Shown: positions 20,812 through 34,999 of the stretch, one piece after another
How positions within the stretch are numbered: the stretch's first letter is position 1
How the letters are laid out: each line of letters starts with the position of its first letter
Assembly (NCBI GenBank): GCA_965238225.1
Contig: OZ250183.1
Coordinates: 608,001 to 672,000, forward strand
Direction of reading: 5' to 3'
Origin: Gammaproteobacteria bacterium
GTDB taxonomy: Bacteria > Pseudomonadota > Gammaproteobacteria > Eutrophobiales > Eutrophobiaceae
Length of the DNA: 64,000 nucleotides
Position numbers and translations under genes: made by a program
Notes under the pieces: model-generated
Seen by the model: the letters and a program-made list of their open reading frames with translations, nothing else
Told to the model about the DNA's origin: nothing
Databases searched by the model: none

Positions 20812-20904
20812 ATTTGCTCGATAGAAAATTTTAACGAAAATCCAGTGAATGGATTTGTTAGTATTTTTTTATATTTTTAAAGGACATATTACGAGGATCT
20901 GTTA

Positions 20905-23900
20905 ATGACCTACTCCTACACCGAAAAAAAACGAATACGTAAGGATTTTGGTAAACATCCAAAAATCATGGATGCACCTCCTTTGTTGGCGATGCAACTC
21001 GATTCATATCATAAATATCTGCAGTTGGAAGTTGCCCCTGAAGAACGCAAGGATGTTGGTCTGCAAGCTGCGTTTAAATCTGTATTTCCTATCGTTGGTT
21101 TCTCTGGCAGTGCCATGCTTGAGTATGTCAGCTATCGTTTGGTAGATCCTGTGTTTGATGTTAAGGAATGTCAGCTAAGAGGCGTTACTTATGCAGCATC
21201 ACTTCGCGTTAAAGTCCGATTGGTTATTTATGATAAAGATGCAGGATTAAACAAGAAGATTGTAAAGGACATTAAGGAACAGGAGGTCTACATGGGCGAA
21301 ATCCCGTTAATGACTCCAACGGGCGCTTTCGTCATAAATGGAACAGAGCGCGTCATCGTTTCTCAATTGCATCGTTCCCCAGGCGTGTTCTTTGAACACG
21401 ACAAAGGCAAAACCCATTCTTCCGGGAAATTTCTTTTCTCTGCACGCGTTATCCCCTATCGTGGTTCGTGGCTTGATTTCGAATTTGATCCCAAGGACTT
21501 AGTTTATTGTCGTATTGATCGCCGTAGGAAGATACCTGCAACTATTTTGTTGCGTGCATTGGGTTACGATACCCAAGAAATGCTTGATGTCTTTTTCGAT
21601 ACCAACGAATATAAAATCAGTAAGAAGGGCATTGCGCTCACTTTGATCCCAGATCGCTTGCGTGGTGAAACTACGACATTCGATATAAAAAATAAAAAAG
21701 GCAAAGTGATTGTTAAAAATGAAAAACGAATTACTGCGCGCCATATCCGGGAAATGGAAAAGATTGGACTAAAGGAATTAACAGTGCCAGCTGAATACCT
21801 TATTGAGCAGGTGTTGGCAAAGGATATTGTCGATCTGGAGACAGGCGAATTGCTTGCTTGCGCGAATACAGAGATCACCAAAGAACTGTTAGAACAGTTG
21901 CTTGAATATAAAAACTTGACGATTGCAACATTGTATACCAATGACCTAGATCGTGGATCATACATATCAGATACACTAAGAATAGACACATCAACCACAC
22001 CCATTGAGGCACAGGTTGAGATCTATCGTATGATGCGCCCAGGTGAGCCACCGACAAAAGATTCTGCTGAGAACCTGTTTAAAAACCTATTTTTCAGTCC
22101 TGATCGTTATGATTTATCCGCTGTTGGGCGCATGAAATTTAACAGAAGGATTGGACGTAAAGAAATCACCGGCGAAGGTGTTTTATTCAAAGAAGACCTC
22201 ATTGAGGTTTTGAAATTGTTGATCGATATCAAGAATGGTAAAGGCACTATTGATGATATTGATCATCTCGGCAATAGACGAGTTAGAAGTGTTGGCGAGA
22301 TGGCTGAAAATCAATTCCGCATTGGTTTGGTGCGTGTTGAACGTGTAGTTAAAGAGCGTCTTGGCCTAGCAGATTCTGAAGGACTCATGCCGCAGGAAAT
22401 TCTCAATGCCAAACCAGTATCAGCGGTAGTTAAAGAATTTTTTGGTTCAAGTCAGTTATCCCAGTTTATGGATCAAAATAACCCGTTGTCTGAAATTACA
22501 CATAAACGCCGTATTTCAGCACTAGGTCCTGGCGGACTGACACGTGAACGTGCTGGTTTTGAAGTACGTGATGTGCATCCGACACATTATGGTCGGGTAT
22601 GTCCAGTTGAAACACCTGAAGGGCCAAATATTGGCTTAATAAACTCATTGGCAATTTACGCCAGAACCAATGCATATGGTTTTCTGGAGACACCGTACCG
22701 CAAGGTAAGTAAAGGCAAGGTATCGAACGAAATAGAATATCTTTCTGCGATTGAAGAAAGTGATTATGTTATCGCCCAGGCAAGTGCGGCGACAGATAAT
22801 AAAGGTCGTTTAACGGACACTCTGGTTTCAAGTCGTCATTCAAATGAATTTATCTTATCTGCGCCAGACAAAGTTGAATATATGGATGTCTCACCAAGGC
22901 AAATTGTTTCTGTGGCAGCAGCATTGATACCGTTTCTTGAGCATGATGATGCGAATAGGGCGTTAATGGGATCAAATATGCAACGCCAGGCTGTTCCTAC
23001 TTTGCGTGCAGATAAGCCATTGGTTGGTACTGGCATGGAAAGAACAGTAGCGACAGATTCAGGCGTGACGGTGATTGCTGATCGTGGCGGTGTTGTAGAC
23101 TCTGTTGATGCCAGTCGTATTGTGGTGCGGGTAAATAGCAATGAAGTCACAGCGAATGAGCCCGGTGTTGACATTTATAACCTGACAAAATACACACGTT
23201 CCAATCAGAACACCTGTATCAACCAAAAACCGTTGGTCAAACCAGGCGACAAGGTTGCAAAAAAAGATGTGTTGGCTGATGGTTCTTCTACTGATTTGGG
23301 TGAGTTGGCGCTTGGGCAAAATATGAAAGTCGCATTTATGCCATGGAATGGGTATAACTTTGAGGATTCAATCCTTGTCTCAGAGCATTTGGTGAGGGAA
23401 GAACGTTTTACCTCGATTCATATTCAGGAACTGTCCTGTGTGGCACGTGATACTAAACTGGGTCAGGAGGAAATCTCTGCAGATATTCCAAATGTTAGCG
23501 AACATGCACTGAATAAACTTGATGAATCCGGGATTGTATATATCGGTGCTGAAGTAAATTCAGGAGATATTCTGGTTGGCAAAGTGACACCGAAAGGTGA
23601 AACCCAATTAACACCAGAAGAAAAATTACTGAAGGCTATCTTTGGTGAAAAAGCCTCTGATGTGAAAGATACCTCATTACGTGTTTCATCGGGAACCAAT
23701 GGTACGGTAATTGACGTTCAAGTTTTTACGCGCGATGGTGTTGAGAAAGATGCGCGCGCACTGGAAATTGAAGAATCAGAGCTAAAGAGTGTACGCAAGG
23801 ACATGGGCGATCAAATGCGCATCATGGAAGAAGGCATTTACCAACGGGTTGAGACCCTGTTGTTGGGTAAATTAGCTGAGGGTGGTCCAGATGGTTTGAA

Positions 23901-24984
23901 AGCCAAGACCAAAATCACAAAAGCTTATTTATCAGAAACGCCACGAGAAAAATGGTTCGATATTCGACTCCAAAATGAAACTGCTAATTCTCAACTTGAG
24001 CAGATGTCAGAGCAATATGGTTGTTTGCGCGTTGAATTTGATGAAATGTTCGAGGAGAAAAGAGCTAAACTGACCTCAGGCGATGATCTTGCCCCTGGCG
24101 TATTAAAAATGGTGAAGGTTTATCTTGCAGTAAAGCGAGTCATTCAGCCAGGCGACAAAATGGCTGGGCGTCATGGCAACAAGGGCGTTATCTCAATGAT
24201 TGTTCCAGTTGAAGATATGCCCCATACTGAAGATGGTGAGCCAGTTGATGTGGTATTGAATCCTCTAGGTGTTCCCTCACGTATGAATGTAGGACAGATT
24301 CTGGAGACCCATTTGGGTTGGGCTGCTAAAGGTATGGGCAATAAAATTGCCGCAATGCTGGATGCACAAAAAGGTGCGGGCGAACTGCGGAAATTTCTGA
24401 ACAAGGTATACAACGCCAGCGGAAAACGGGAAGATTTGAAGAGCTTTACTGATGAAGAAATATTTGATCTGTCTCATAATCTGCGCGCAGGTGTACCTAT
24501 GGCAACACCTGTGTTCGATGGTGCAAAAGAATCCGAGATCAAAAGCATGTTGAAGCTTGCCGGGTTACCTGAGAATGGTCAAGTTACACTTTATGATGGG
24601 TGTACAGGCGATGCTTTCGACAGACCTATCACAGTAGGCTATATGTACATGTTGAAACTCAATCATCTGGTTGATGACAAGATGCATGCACGTTCAACCG
24701 GACCATATAGTTTAGTCACGCAACAGCCATTGGGCGGTAAGGCACAATTCGGCGGACAGCGTTTTGGCGAGATGGAAGTTTGGGCTTTGGAAGCCTATGG
24801 CGCGGCTTATACCTTACAGGAAATGCTGACAGTGAAGTCTGATGATCTCAGTGGCAGAACCAAAATGTATAAGAGCATTGTAGACGGGGATCATCGCACA
24901 GATCCAGGCATGCCCGAATCATTTAACGTGTTGGTGAAGGAAATCCGTTCACTCTGTATTAATATTGAACTGAAACAAAATTAA
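20905..24984 (+). CDS. rpoB: RNA polymerase beta subunit
   Basis: [33 protein letters not shown]. Confidence 0.99.
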   Translation: MTYSYTEKKRIRKDFGKHPKIMDAPPLLAMQLDSYHKYLQLEVAPEERKDVGLQAAFKSVFPIVGFSGSAMLEYVSYRLVDPVFDVKECQLRGVTYAASLRVKVRLVIYDKDAGLNKKIVKDIKEQEVYMGEIPLMTPTGAFVINGTERVIVSQLHRSPGVFFEHDKGKTHSSGKFLFSARVIPYRGSWLDFEFDPKDLVYCRIDRRRKIPATILLRALGYDTQEMLDVFFDTNEYKISKKGIALTLIPDRLRGETTTFDIKNKKGKVIVKNEKRITARHIREMEKIGLKELTVPAEYLIEQVLAKDIVDLETGELLACANTEITKELLEQLLEYKNLTIATLYTNDLDRGSYISDTLRIDTSTTPIEAQVEIYRMMRPGEPPTKDSAENLFKNLFFSPDRYDLSAVGRMKFNRRIGRKEITGEGVLFKEDLIEVLKLLIDIKNGKGTIDDIDHLGNRRVRSVGEMAENQFRIGLVRVERVVKERLGLADSEGLMPQEILNAKPVSAVVKEFFGSSQLSQFMDQNNPLSEITHKRRISALGPGGLTRERAGFEVRDVHPTHYGRVCPVETPEGPNIGLINSLAIYARTNAYGFLETPYRKVSKGKVSNEIEYLSAIEESDYVIAQASAATDNKGRLTDTLVSSRHSNEFILSAPDKVEYMDVSPRQIVSVAAALIPFLEHDDANRALMGSNMQRQAVPTLRADKPLVGTGMERTVATDSGVTVIADRGGVVDSVDASRIVVRVNSNEVTANEPGVDIYNLTKYTRSNQNTCINQKPLVKPGDKVAKKDVLADGSSTDLGELALGQNMKVAFMPWNGYNFEDSILVSEHLVREERFTSIHIQELSCVARDTKLGQEEISADIPNVSEHALNKLDESGIVYIGAEVNSGDILVGKVTPKGETQLTPEEKLLKAIFGEKASDVKDTSLRVSSGTNGTVIDVQVFTRDGVEKDARALEIEESELKSVRKDMGDQMRIMEEGIYQRVETLLLGKLAEGGPDGLKAKTKITKAYLSETPREKWFDIRLQNETANSQLEQMSEQYGCLRVEFDEMFEEKRAKLTSGDDLAPGVLKMVKVYLAVKRVIQPGDKMAGRHGNKGVISMIVPVEDMPHTEDGEPVDVVLNPLGVPSRMNVGQILETHLGWAAKGMGNKIAAMLDAQKGAGELRKFLNKVYNASGKREDLKSFTDEEIFDLSHNLRAGVPMATPVFDGAKESEIKSMLKLAGLPENGQVTLYDGCTGDAFDRPITVGYMYMLKLNHLVDDKMHARSTGPYSLVTQQPLGGKAQFGGQRFGEMEVWALEAYGAAYTLQEMLTVKSDDLSGRTKMYKSIVDGDHRTDPGMPESFNVLVKEIRSLCINIELKQN

Positions 24985-25116
24985 CTCTGGTTGAAATTAA
25001 GCGGGGTGTTTACCAGAATGAATTTAAATAATTTCTATGTATTGGCACTGCAACGTGTCACACACTACAAATATAGTGCCAGAAAATACAGTGTCATCTT
25101 GTGGAGGATGTAGACC

Positions 25117-28100
25117 TTGAAAGATTTATTAAGACTTCTAAAACAGCAAGGACAGGTTGAGGAGTTTGATGCTATTTCCATCAGCCTTGCCTCTCCTGAG
25201 AAAATTCGCTCATGGTCGTATGGTGAGGTCAAGAAACCTGAGACGATCAATTATCGTACTTTCAAACCGGAAAGAGATGGCCTTTTTTGTGCCAAAATAT
25301 TTGGTCCAGTTAAAGATTATGAGTGCCTTTGCGGAAAATATAAAAGGTTAAAGCATCGCGGTGTTGTCTGTGAGAAATGTGGCGTGGAAGTCACATTGTC
25401 TAAAGTTCGTCGTGAACGCATGGGGCACATTGAGCTGGCAAGTCCGGTTGCACATATCTGGTATTTAAAATCCTTACCTTCAAGAATGGGTTTGATGTTG
25501 GATATGACTTTGCGTGAAATTGAAAGGGTTCTATATTTCGAGGCCTATGTTGTGATTGATCCAGGCATGACTGAGCTTGAGCGTGGTCAGTTAATGACGG
25601 AAGAATCCTATTTGGATGCTATGGAGCAATATGGGGATGAATTCGATGCGCGTATGGGTGCAGAAGCAGTGCGCGCATTATTGATGTCTACCAATGTGAA
25701 AGAAGAGGTAGATACCTTACGCGGTGAGATTCCACAAACTAGATCTGAGACAAAACTCAAAAAAATGACCAAACGACTGAAGCTTATCGAAGCATTTTTG
25801 TCTTCCGGGAACAAACCAGAATGGATGGTTCTGAAGATATTACCAATATTACCCCCAGAACTCAGACCTCTAGTACCGCTAGATGGTGGTCGTTTTGCAA
25901 CCTCTGATCTCAATGATCTTTATCGTCGCGTAATAAATCGTAATAATCGATTGAAGCGCTTACTGGATTTGAATGCTCCGGACATTATCGTCAAAAATGA
26001 GAAGCGTATGTTACAGGAGTCTGTGGATGCCTTACTGGACAATGGTCGTCGTGGGCGGGCAATCACAGGTACCAATAAGCTACCTTTGAAATCACTTGCT
26101 GATATGATTAAGGGTAAGCAGGGTCGTTTTCGTCAAAACCTTTTAGGTAAACGCGTTGATTACTCAGGCCGTTCAGTCGTTGTTGTGGGTCCAACATTGC
26201 GTTTACATCAATGTGGCATCCCTAAAAAAATGGCTCTGGAATTATTCAAGCCATTTATCTTCAGTAAACTTGAGTTTAGGGGGTTGGCAACTACCATCAA
26301 GGCAGCTAAGAAGCTGGTTGAACGGGAAGGTGCTGAGGTCTGGGACATTCTTGAAGAGGTGATTCGCGAACATCCAGTCATGCTAAATCGTGCCCCTACT
26401 TTACATAGGTTAGGTATTCAGGCATTTGAGCCAATTTTGATTGAAGGAAAAGCGATTCAGCTACACCCTCTGGTCTGTACAGCGTTTAATGCTGATTTTG
26501 ATGGCGACCAAATGGCTGTGCATATTCCGCTATCTGTGGAAGCTCAGATTGAAGCACGCACGCTAATGATGTCTACCAACAACGTACTTTCACCAGCCAA
26601 TGGCGAGCCAATCATCGTGCCGACTCAGGACGTTGTTTTAGGTCTCTACTATATGACGCGTGAGTCAGCAGATGCCAAAGGTACTGGTATGATATTCACT
26701 GACATTGACGAGGTGCATCGCGCCTACGAAGCAAAAATACTGGATATTAAAGCAAAGATTGAGGTGCGTATTCGTGAAATCAATATTGATGAGCATGGTG
26801 AGAAATCAGTAAGCTATAGTCGTATTCAGACCACAACTGGCCGCGCTCTACTTTCTAATATTTTACCCGAAGGTCTTGAATTCTCACTGATGAATAAGAC
26901 GCTGAGTAAAAAAGTCGTGTCTGGTTTAATTGACACGGTTTATAGAAGACTAGGTCTGAAAGCCACGGTTATTTTTGCAGACCAGTTGGTGTATTCTGGC
27001 TTTGCTTATTCTACAAGAGCTGGTGTTTCTATCGGCATCAATGACATGATCATTCCTGATAATAAGGACGAAATCATCAAACAGGCAGAGGCAAAGGTGC
27101 ATGGTTTTCAGGAGCAATATTCCTCAGGTCTTATCACCAATGGCGAACGTTACAATAAGGTTGTGGATATTTGGTCGCATGCCAATGATCAGGTGGCCAA
27201 GGCCATGATGGATAGAATGTCCGTAGAGACCGTAGAGAATCATCAAGGTGAGTCTGTGACTCAAGAGTCATTTAATTCAATTTACATTATGGCTGATTCC
27301 GGTGCTCGCGGTTCGGCAGCGCAGATTCGCCAATTAGCAGGAATGCGTGGATTGATGGCCAAGCCAGATGGTTCGATTATCGAAACACCCATTACAGCAA
27401 ATTTTCGCGAAGGCTTAGATGTGTTGCAATACTTCATTTCAACGCACGGTGCACGTAAAGGTCTAGCCGACACCGCATTAAAGACGGCAAACTCTGGTTA
27501 TTTAACACGTCGTTTGGTTGATGTGGCTCAAGATCTTGTGGTTGTTGAGCAAGACTGTGGTACAGAGGAGGGGTATGTCATCAGTCAAATTATTGAAGGC
27601 GGTGATGTTGTCGAGGCACTGAAGGATCGCGTGCTTGGGCGCGTGCTGGCTGAAGATGCTGTTAAAGTGATTACGGGTGAGGTGATTGTACCAAGCGGCA
27701 CATTATTGGATGAATACTGGGTTGATGTTCTAGATGACAATGGTATCGATCAGGTGACGGTGCGCTCAGCCATCACCTGTAAGACGTACTATGGTATTTG
27801 TGCTGCTTGTTATGGTCGAGATCTGGGTCGTGGACAATTGGTCGGTATTGGCGAAGCTGTTGGTGTTGTTGCAGCTCAGTCTATTGGTGAGCCAGGCACG
27901 CAATTGACAATGCGTACCTTCCATATTGGTGGGGCAGCATCTAGGGTAGCAGCAGTAAGTAACATCGAAGTCAAATATGGCGGCATATTGCGTCGTCAAA
28001 ATATAAAAATACTGCAACATGAAAAAGGCCATCAGGTGGTGATTTCCCGTTCCGGCGAAATCGTTATTCAGGATAAAGATGGCCGTGAATGTGAGCGCTA

Positions 28101-29322
28101 CAAAATCCCCTATGGCGCTATTTTAACTGTTGATGCAGGTGAAGAGGTTCAGCCAGGTCAAGTTGTGGCCGATTGGGATCCACATACACATCCGGTGATA
28201 TCAGAAGTTGCAGGCCGAGTGCAGTTTTCGGATATGGCGGAGGGTATTACTATTGAACGACAGATTGACGAAATTACTGGTTTGACCAGTATGGTCATTA
28301 TTGATCCAAAACAACGTACATCTGCAGCCAAGGATTTACGCCCTACCATCAAACTGGTCGACAAAAAAAGTCGGGAATTATTAATACCTGGTACTGAGAT
28401 CCACGCGCATTATCTGTTACCTGCAAATGCCGTGGTAAATATTGAAGATGGTGCCGAGATCAAAGTGGGCGATGTCATTGCTCGTCTTCCACAGGAATCT
28501 GCTAAAACCCGTGATATTACGGGTGGTTTGCCTCGCGTTGCTGATCTTTTCGAGGCCAGAAAGCCAAAAGAGCCTTCTATCTTGGCTGAAATTACAGGGA
28601 TCGTTGGATTTGGTAAGGAAACCAAAGGCAAACAGCGTCTTGTGATTACAGGAGTAGATGGTGAGCATTACGAAACCTTGATACCTAAATGGAGACATAT
28701 CACTGCATTTGACGGTGAGCATGTTGAGCAAGGGGAAAGTCTTGCTGATGGAGCACCAATGCCTCACGACATCCTGCGATTGAAAGGCGTATATGCACTG
28801 GCTAACTATATTGTGACTGAGATTCAGGAAGTCTACAGGTTGCAGGGCGTTAGGATTAATGACAAGCATATTGAGGTCATTGTCAGGCAAATGCTGCGTA
28901 AGGTAGAAATTACCGATCCTGGAGACACGAAACTCCTGAAGGGTGAGCAGATTGAAAAAGCAAGAGGTCTGGATGAAAATGAGAAAATGCTTGCCGAAGG
29001 TAAGGTACCAGCCACGTGGGAACCTGTGCTTTTGGGCATTACCAAGGCTTCCTTGTCGACAGAATCATTTATTTCGGCTGCCTCTTTCCAAGAAACCACT
29101 CGCGTTCTGACCGAGGTCAGCGTGGGTGGCAAAGTAGATAATTTGAGAGGCTTAAAGGAAAATGTCATCGTCGGGCGTCTAATTCCCGCTGGCACAGGTT
29201 TTTCTTATCATGTTGAGAGACAGCAAAGGCCTAGCAAGGAAGCGCTTATTATGGATGAAGCAGCAGAGGCAATCCAACTCGTTACTGCTGGCACTGGAGA
29301 GGTCGCATCAAATAGGGAATAG
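25117..29322 (+). CDS. rpoC: RNA polymerase beta' subunit
   Basis: [10 protein letters not shown]; TTG start after GGAGG SD. Confidence 0.99.
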   Translation: MKDLLRLLKQQGQVEEFDAISISLASPEKIRSWSYGEVKKPETINYRTFKPERDGLFCAKIFGPVKDYECLCGKYKRLKHRGVVCEKCGVEVTLSKVRRERMGHIELASPVAHIWYLKSLPSRMGLMLDMTLREIERVLYFEAYVVIDPGMTELERGQLMTEESYLDAMEQYGDEFDARMGAEAVRALLMSTNVKEEVDTLRGEIPQTRSETKLKKMTKRLKLIEAFLSSGNKPEWMVLKILPILPPELRPLVPLDGGRFATSDLNDLYRRVINRNNRLKRLLDLNAPDIIVKNEKRMLQESVDALLDNGRRGRAITGTNKLPLKSLADMIKGKQGRFRQNLLGKRVDYSGRSVVVVGPTLRLHQCGIPKKMALELFKPFIFSKLEFRGLATTIKAAKKLVEREGAEVWDILEEVIREHPVMLNRAPTLHRLGIQAFEPILIEGKAIQLHPLVCTAFNADFDGDQMAVHIPLSVEAQIEARTLMMSTNNVLSPANGEPIIVPTQDVVLGLYYMTRESADAKGTGMIFTDIDEVHRAYEAKILDIKAKIEVRIREINIDEHGEKSVSYSRIQTTTGRALLSNILPEGLEFSLMNKTLSKKVVSGLIDTVYRRLGLKATVIFADQLVYSGFAYSTRAGVSIGINDMIIPDNKDEIIKQAEAKVHGFQEQYSSGLITNGERYNKVVDIWSHANDQVAKAMMDRMSVETVENHQGESVTQESFNSIYIMADSGARGSAAQIRQLAGMRGLMAKPDGSIIETPITANFREGLDVLQYFISTHGARKGLADTALKTANSGYLTRRLVDVAQDLVVVEQDCGTEEGYVISQIIEGGDVVEALKDRVLGRVLAEDAVKVITGEVIVPSGTLLDEYWVDVLDDNGIDQVTVRSAITCKTYYGICAACYGRDLGRGQLVGIGEAVGVVAAQSIGEPGTQLTMRTFHIGGAASRVAAVSNIEVKYGGILRRQNIKILQHEKGHQVVISRSGEIVIQDKDGRECERYKIPYGAILTVDAGEEVQPGQVVADWDPHTHPVISEVAGRVQFSDMAEGITIERQIDEITGLTSMVIIDPKQRTSAAKDLRPTIKLVDKKSRELLIPGTEIHAHYLLPANAVVNIEDGAEIKVGDVIARLPQESAKTRDITGGLPRVADLFEARKPKEPSILAEITGIVGFGKETKGKQRLVITGVDGEHYETLIPKWRHITAFDGEHVEQGESLADGAPMPHDILRLKGVYALANYIVTEIQEVYRLQGVRINDKHIEVIVRQMLRKVEITDPGDTKLLKGEQIEKARGLDENEKMLAEGKVPATWEPVLLGITKASLSTESFISAASFQETTRVLTEVSVGGKVDNLRGLKENVIVGRLIPAGTGFSYHVERQQRPSKEALIMDEAAEAIQLVTAGTGEVASNRE

Positions 29323-29358
29323 GGCATTCCAGCAATGTAAAATATAGGCTTTTATGGC

Positions 29359-29387
29359 TTGACGAGTGAACCATCAGGCCATAGAAT
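29359..29387 (+). promoter_or_regulatory. Sigma70 promoter of str operon
   Basis: TTGACG-N17-TAGAAT followed by GC-rich TCCGCC. Confidence 0.75.
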
Positions 29388-29661
29388 TCCGCCTCTTTGT
29401 CAGGCTTGATTTAGGATCGTGCCTGACAAGTTATTTTAGGGCTTAAAAATGTTTGGAGGAAGGTATTTTTAGCCTCCTGATATCGGAGTCTGGTTCATTC
29501 GGATTGCCCGTTAACCAACCAACCATATGTCTAATTGAGAAGCTGTTGTGCATTATGGATGAGGGTCTTTTTGACCCACGTTTAATGGGCTTTATTCTTA
29601 CCTGATGAATTTTATCGGCACACTTATACAACACTAAATACAAAAAAATAGCAAAATAAAT

Positions 29662-30033
29662 ATGACAACGATTAACCAACTGGTTAGAAAACCGCGAAAA
29701 CGTCAACGTGTGGCGAGCAATGTTCGTGCGTTGGAAGCTTGTCCACAAAAACGAGGTGTTTGCACTCGAGTTTATACGACAACGCCAAAGAAGCCTAACT
29801 CGGCGTTGCGTAAGGTAGCGCGCGTCAGGTTGACTAATGGGCACGAAGTATCGACCTATATCGGTGGTGAGGGTCATAATTTGCAGGAACATTCCGTGAT
29901 CTTGATTCGTGGTGGCCGTGTCAAGGATTTACCGGGTGTTCGCTACCATACTGTCCGCGGGACTCTGGATACATCTGGTGTGAGTGATAGACGTAATGCC
30001 CGTTCAAAATACGGCACCAAACGCCCAAAGTAA
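29662..30033 (+). CDS. rpsL: 30S ribosomal protein S12
   Basis: [21 protein letters not shown]. Confidence 0.99.
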   Translation: MTTINQLVRKPRKRQRVASNVRALEACPQKRGVCTRVYTTTPKKPNSALRKVARVRLTNGHEVSTYIGGEGHNLQEHSVILIRGGRVKDLPGVRYHTVRGTLDTSGVSDRRNARSKYGTKRPK

Positions 30034-30104
30034 TGTAAGCAACAAAGATTTAGTCATAACCATTATAAAAAACAAAAAAGCAGAATTTTAATGGAGTATT
30101 TACT

Positions 30105-30575
30105 ATGTCAAGAAGAAGAGTAGCCGAGAAGAGAGAAAACTTGCCTGATCCTAAATATGGTGATCAGACCTTGGCCAAGTTCATCAACATGGTCATGCAA
30201 AGCGGCAAGAAATCTATAGCAGAAAAGATTGTTTATGGTGCCTTGAATGAGATAAGCGCGACAGGCAAAGGCGAACCATTGGAGCTTTTTACAAAAGCAC
30301 TCGAAAACGTCAAGCCGACGGTTGAGGTTAAATCCCGACGTGTTGGCGGTGCAACTTATCAGATACCAGTAGAAGTCCGTCAAGCGAGAAGCGTTACTCT
30401 GGCAATGCGCTGGTTGGTCGATGCCACCAAAAAAAGAAGTGAAAAAAATATGGGTTTACGCTTGGCAGGTGAGTTACTGGATGCCTTTGAAAATAAAGGC
30501 GCGGCAATCAAGAAACGTGAAGATACGCACAAGATGGCTGAAGCAAATAAAGCGTTTTCTCACTTTCGTTGGTGA
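30105..30575 (+). CDS. rpsG: 30S ribosomal protein S7
   Basis: [20 protein letters not shown]. Confidence 0.99.
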   Translation: MSRRRVAEKRENLPDPKYGDQTLAKFINMVMQSGKKSIAEKIVYGALNEISATGKGEPLELFTKALENVKPTVEVKSRRVGGATYQIPVEVRQARSVTLAMRWLVDATKKRSEKNMGLRLAGELLDAFENKGAAIKKREDTHKMAEANKAFSHFRW

Positions 30576-30647
30576 TCCTTGTTGATGGTCTCTTTATTTA
30601 TGAGCAATCCTTCAATATACAGAAATTTAATTTAAGAATACTTTAAA

Positions 30648-32750
30648 GTGGCAAGAACAACACCAATAGAACATTATCGCAATATCGGAATTATGGCTCA
30701 TATTGACGCAGGTAAGACAACTACAACAGAACGTATTCTGTTTTATACTGGTGTCTCGCATAAAATTGGTGAAGTACACGATGGTGCTGCGACCATGGAT
30801 TGGATGGAGCAAGAGCAGGAGAGAGGCATTACGATTACCTCAGCTACGACGACTTGTTTCTGGAAAGGCATGGCAGACCAGTTTGATGAACACCGTATTA
30901 ATATTATTGATACGCCTGGACATGTTGATTTTACTATTGAAGTTGAACGTTCGCTGCGCGTACTAGATGGTGCTTGTGCTGTATTTTGCGCTGTAGGTGG
31001 TGTTGAACCCCAGTCTGAGACTGTCTGGAGACAGGCAAATAAATACAATGTTCCGCGCATAGCATTTGTTAATAAGATGGATCGCTCAGGTGCAGATTTC
31101 CTTAGCGTTGTCGGGCAAATCAATCAGCGCCTTAACAGCAACGCTGTACCTATGCAAATTGCAATTGGCAGTGAAGAACATTTTGAAGGCGTGGTGGATC
31201 TTGTTAGGATGAAAGCAATCTATTGGCAAACAGTCAATATGGGATCCAAATATGAAGAGTGTGAGATTCCTGCTGAACTTCAAACGTTTTGTGAAGAACG
31301 GCGCGAGCATCTTGTTGAAACCGCAGCAGAGGCCAATGAAGAATTGACGAGAAAATACCTTGAAAATAATAGCCTGTCAGAAGCAGATATCAAGCAAGGT
31401 ATTCGCAGCAGAACATTAGCAAATGAAGTTGTGCCAGTATTTTGTGGTTCAGCATTTAAGAATAAAGGTGTTCAGGCCGTATTAGATGCCATCATTGATT
31501 ACATGCCATCACCGACTGACGTTCACGCAATAAAGGGTATTTTGGATGATGGTAAGGAAACAGAAGCAGAAAGACCAGCGCAGGATGATGCGCCATTTGC
31601 TGCACTGGCATTTAAGATTGCAACAGACCCTTTCGTCGGTAACCTGACGTTCTTTAGAGTGTATTCTGGTGTATTGAATACCGGAGATACCATCTACAAC
31701 CCAGTCAAAGGTAAAAAAGATCGCATTGGCCGTGTATTGCAAATACATGCAAATAGTCGCGAAGAAATCAAAGAAGTTAGGGCAGGTGACATCGCTGCTG
31801 CTGTGAGTCTTAAGGATGTTACAACAGGTGATACGCTGTGCGATATAGATAACGTAATCACATTAGAGCGCATGGAATTTCCAGAGCCAGTCATCGCTGT
31901 TGCGGTGGAACCAAAAACAAAAGCAGATCAGGAAAAAATGGGCATTGCATTAGGTAAATTGGCACATGAAGATCCTTCTTTTCATGTGTCTACGGATGAA
32001 GATTCCGGACAGACCATTATTGCTGGTATGGGTGAGCTGCATCTGGAAATTATTGTTGATAGAATGCGGCGTGAATTTAGCGTTGAAGCAAATGTAGGTA
32101 AGCCTCAGGTAGCCTATCGTGAAACAATACGTAAGATTGTTGAGAAGGTCGAAGGCAAATTTGTTCGTCAATCTGGCGGTCGTGGCCAATATGGCCATGT
32201 GGTATTTAAGCTGGAACCACAAACATCAGGCACAGGCTACGAATTTATTAATAAAATTGTTGGAGGTGCAGTTCCTAGAGAATATATTTCTGCAATAGAT
32301 AAAGGTGTGCAGGAACAAATGTTTGACGGTATCTTAGCAGGCTACCCAATTGAAGATGTCAAGGTAACTTTATTCGATGGTTCTTACCACGATGTTGACT
32401 CAAATGAAATGGCGTTTAAAATCGCTGGCTCGATGGGGTTCAAGGCAGGTGCAATCAAAGCAGATCCTGTATTGTTGGAACCTGTGATGAAAGTCGAAAT
32501 TGTGACACCAGAAGATTATTTGGGTACAGTGAATGGTGATTTAAGCAGACGTCGTGGCATATTACAAGGTGCTGATAATTCATCTGCAGGAAAAGTAATA
32601 CATGCAGAAGTACCGCTGTCTGAAATGTTTGGATATGCAACCGATTTGCGTTCAGCAACACAAGGACGTGCTGTGTACACGATGGAATTTAAAAAATATA
32701 ATGAGGTTCCAGCAAATATTGCCGAAGCCATCATCAATAAGCACCACTAG
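30648..32750 (+). CDS. fusA: Elongation factor G
   Basis: [21 protein letters not shown]. Confidence 0.99.
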   Translation: MARTTPIEHYRNIGIMAHIDAGKTTTTERILFYTGVSHKIGEVHDGAATMDWMEQEQERGITITSATTTCFWKGMADQFDEHRINIIDTPGHVDFTIEVERSLRVLDGACAVFCAVGGVEPQSETVWRQANKYNVPRIAFVNKMDRSGADFLSVVGQINQRLNSNAVPMQIAIGSEEHFEGVVDLVRMKAIYWQTVNMGSKYEECEIPAELQTFCEERREHLVETAAEANEELTRKYLENNSLSEADIKQGIRSRTLANEVVPVFCGSAFKNKGVQAVLDAIIDYMPSPTDVHAIKGILDDGKETEAERPAQDDAPFAALAFKIATDPFVGNLTFFRVYSGVLNTGDTIYNPVKGKKDRIGRVLQIHANSREEIKEVRAGDIAAAVSLKDVTTGDTLCDIDNVITLERMEFPEPVIAVAVEPKTKADQEKMGIALGKLAHEDPSFHVSTDEDSGQTIIAGMGELHLEIIVDRMRREFSVEANVGKPQVAYRETIRKIVEKVEGKFVRQSGGRGQYGHVVFKLEPQTSGTGYEFINKIVGGAVPREYISAIDKGVQEQMFDGILAGYPIEDVKVTLFDGSYHDVDSNEMAFKIAGSMGFKAGAIKADPVLLEPVMKVEIVTPEDYLGTVNGDLSRRRGILQGADNSSAGKVIHAEVPLSEMFGYATDLRSATQGRAVYTMEFKKYNEVPANIAEAIINKHH

Positions 32751-32799
32751 AAATACACATTAAGATTAACGAACTTTAAATATTAAGAGGTGATTGGCT

Positions 32800-33990
32800 G
32801 TGTCTAAGGAGAAATTTGAACGAACGAAACCGCATGTAAATGTAGGAACGATAGGCCATGTTGATCATGGCAAGACAACGTTGACTGCGGCAATTACCAA
32901 GGTCATGGCAGAACAACATGGCGGTGAATTCAAGGCCTATGATCAGATTGATAACGCGCCAGAAGAAAAAGAACGCGGTATTACGATTGCAACAGCGCAC
33001 GTAGAGTACGAAAGCAATGATCGCCACTATGCGCACGTAGACTGCCCAGGTCATGCTGACTACGTCAAGAACATGATTACTGGTGCAGCACAGATGGACG
33101 GAGCAATCCTGGTCTGCAGTGCAGCAGATGGCCCAATGCCACAAACCCGTGAACATATCCTGCTGGCGCGTCAGGTCGGGGTTCCCTACGTGGTAGTCTA
33201 TTTAAACAAAGTCGATCAAGTCGATGATGCAGAGTTACTGGAACTGGTTGAAATGGAAGTTCGTGAACTGCTGGATGCTTATGAATTTCCCGGAGACAAC
33301 ACCCCTATCGTTACAGGTTCGGCACTGAAGGCTTTAGAAGGCGATGACAGCGATATCGGTATTCCCTCAATTTTGCAACTGGTAGCAGCAATGGATGACT
33401 ATATTCCAGTACCCAAGCGCCCGGTAGACCAACCATTTTTGATGCCAATTGAAGATGTATTCTCAATATCAGGTCGCGGTACCGTGGTGACTGGACGTAT
33501 AGAACGTGGCATCGTCAAAGTAGGCGAAGAGATTGAGATTGTAGGGATTAAAGAGACACAGAAGACCACCTGTACTGGTGTTGAAATGTTCAGAAAGTTA
33601 CTTGACGAAGGCCAAGCCGGAGACAACGTCGGTGTCTTATTACGGGGTACCAAACGAGAAGAAGTGGAACGTGGACAGGTCTTATGCCATCCAGATTCAA
33701 TCACGCCACATACCCGTTTTGAAGCAGAAATATACGTACTGTCAAAAGATGAAGGTGGTCGCCATACCCCCTTCTTTGCCAACTATCGTCCGCAATTTTA
33801 CTTTCGCACCACAGATGTAACGGGTGCCATTCAGTTATCCAGTGGCACAGAGATGGTGATGCCCGGCGATAACATTAAGCTGGAAGTAACACTAATAAAT
33901 CCCATTGCTATGGAGGAAGGCTTACGCTTTGCCATTCGTGAAGGCGGTCGTACCGTTGGTGCAGGTGTCGTTGCTAAGGTTATTGAGTAA
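32800..33990 (+). CDS. tuf: Elongation factor Tu (tufA-type locus)
   Basis: Same protein as 15782-16972; GTG start at 32800 after GAGGTG SD. Confidence 0.99.
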   Translation: MSKEKFERTKPHVNVGTIGHVDHGKTTLTAAITKVMAEQHGGEFKAYDQIDNAPEEKERGITIATAHVEYESNDRHYAHVDCPGHADYVKNMITGAAQMDGAILVCSAADGPMPQTREHILLARQVGVPYVVVYLNKVDQVDDAELLELVEMEVRELLDAYEFPGDNTPIVTGSALKALEGDDSDIGIPSILQLVAAMDDYIPVPKRPVDQPFLMPIEDVFSISGRGTVVTGRIERGIVKVGEEIEIVGIKETQKTTCTGVEMFRKLLDEGQAGDNVGVLLRGTKREEVERGQVLCHPDSITPHTRFEAEIYVLSKDEGGRHTPFFANYRPQFYFRTTDVTGAIQLSSGTEMVMPGDNIKLEVTLINPIAMEEGLRFAIREGGRTVGAGVVAKVIE

Positions 33991-33995
33991 TCACT

Positions 33996-34310
33996 ATGAC
34001 CGCACAACAAATAATACGAATCCGTTTAAAAGCATTTGATCATCGTTTAATTGATCAATCAACACGTGAAATTGTTGAAACGGCTAAGCGGACTGGTGCG
34101 CAGATAAAAGGTCCAATTCCTCTGCCGACCAAAAAAGAAAGATTTACAATTTTAATATCGCCGCATGTAAATAAAGATGCGCGTGATCAATATGAGATTC
34201 GCACGCACAAGCGTTTGATGGATATTGTAAATCCAACTGATAAAACAGTGGATGCGTTGATGAAACTAGACCTTGCTGCTGGTGTAGATGTGCAAATTAA
34301 ACTTAACTAA
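33996..34310 (+). CDS. rpsJ: 30S ribosomal protein S10
   Basis: [17 protein letters not shown]. Confidence 0.99.
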   Translation: MTAQQIIRIRLKAFDHRLIDQSTREIVETAKRTGAQIKGPIPLPTKKERFTILISPHVNKDARDQYEIRTHKRLMDIVNPTDKTVDALMKLDLAAGVDVQIKLN

Positions 34311-34336
34311 TAATATTGGGCGTTGCCAGCAAGATA

Positions 34337-34975
34337 ATGACTATTGGACTTATTGGACATAAACGGGGAATGACTCGGATCTTCATAGAAGGTGGTCACT
34401 CAATACCCGTGACAGTTATCGAGGCCGGAGTTAATCGGGTTTTTCGCCTTATTTGTTCTGAAAAAGATGGATATCAGGCTGTACAGGTTAGCTGGGGCAG
34501 TAAGAAGCAAGGCAAAGCAAGCAAGGCAGTAGCAGGTGCTTACGCCAAAGCAAATATTGATTCAGGTGAAGGCTTGGTTGAATTTAGGATTACAGATAAA
34601 GAAGAGCTACCTGATGATGGCGAACTTAAAGTAGATATGTTTTCAGCAGGTCAAAAAGTTGATGTTTCCGGAATAACAATCGGCAAAGGTTATAGTGGCG
34701 TTATTAAACGTCATAATTTTAGTCACCAAAGAAATTCACACGGTAACTCACTCTCTCACCGCGCTCCTGGTTCTATTGGTCAATGTCAGACACCTGGACG
34801 AGTATTCAAAGGTAAGAAGATGGCAGGCCATATGGGTAACGTGAAGAGAACGACTCAAAACCTTGAGATCATAAAAGTAGACAATGAAAAAAACCTTTTA
34901 TTAGTTAAAGGTTCAGTGCCAGGTGCCAAAGGCGGCAAAGTGATCATTAAATCATCCGTAAAGACTTGTGCCTGA
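34337..34975 (+). CDS. rplC: 50S ribosomal protein L3
   Basis: [24 protein letters not shown]; ATG 34337. Confidence 0.98.
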   Translation: MTIGLIGHKRGMTRIFIEGGHSIPVTVIEAGVNRVFRLICSEKDGYQAVQVSWGSKKQGKASKAVAGAYAKANIDSGEGLVEFRITDKEELPDDGELKVDMFSAGQKVDVSGITIGKGYSGVIKRHNFSHQRNSHGNSLSHRAPGSIGQCQTPGRVFKGKKMAGHMGNVKRTTQNLEIIKVDNEKNLLLVKGSVPGAKGGKVIIKSSVKTCA

Positions 34976-34999
34976 AAAGTCAGTTTTTAAGATTTTGTT

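Noticed and set aside
22440-22540. Rifampicin-resistance substitutions in rpoB (and streptomycin sites in rpsL)
   Set aside because: The rpoB cluster I sequence and both S12 lysines read as wild type
25038-25090. Hairpin TGGCACTG...TAGTGCCA in the rpoB-rpoC spacer
   Set aside because: Short stem with no further support and no inserted gene; ordinary spacer structure
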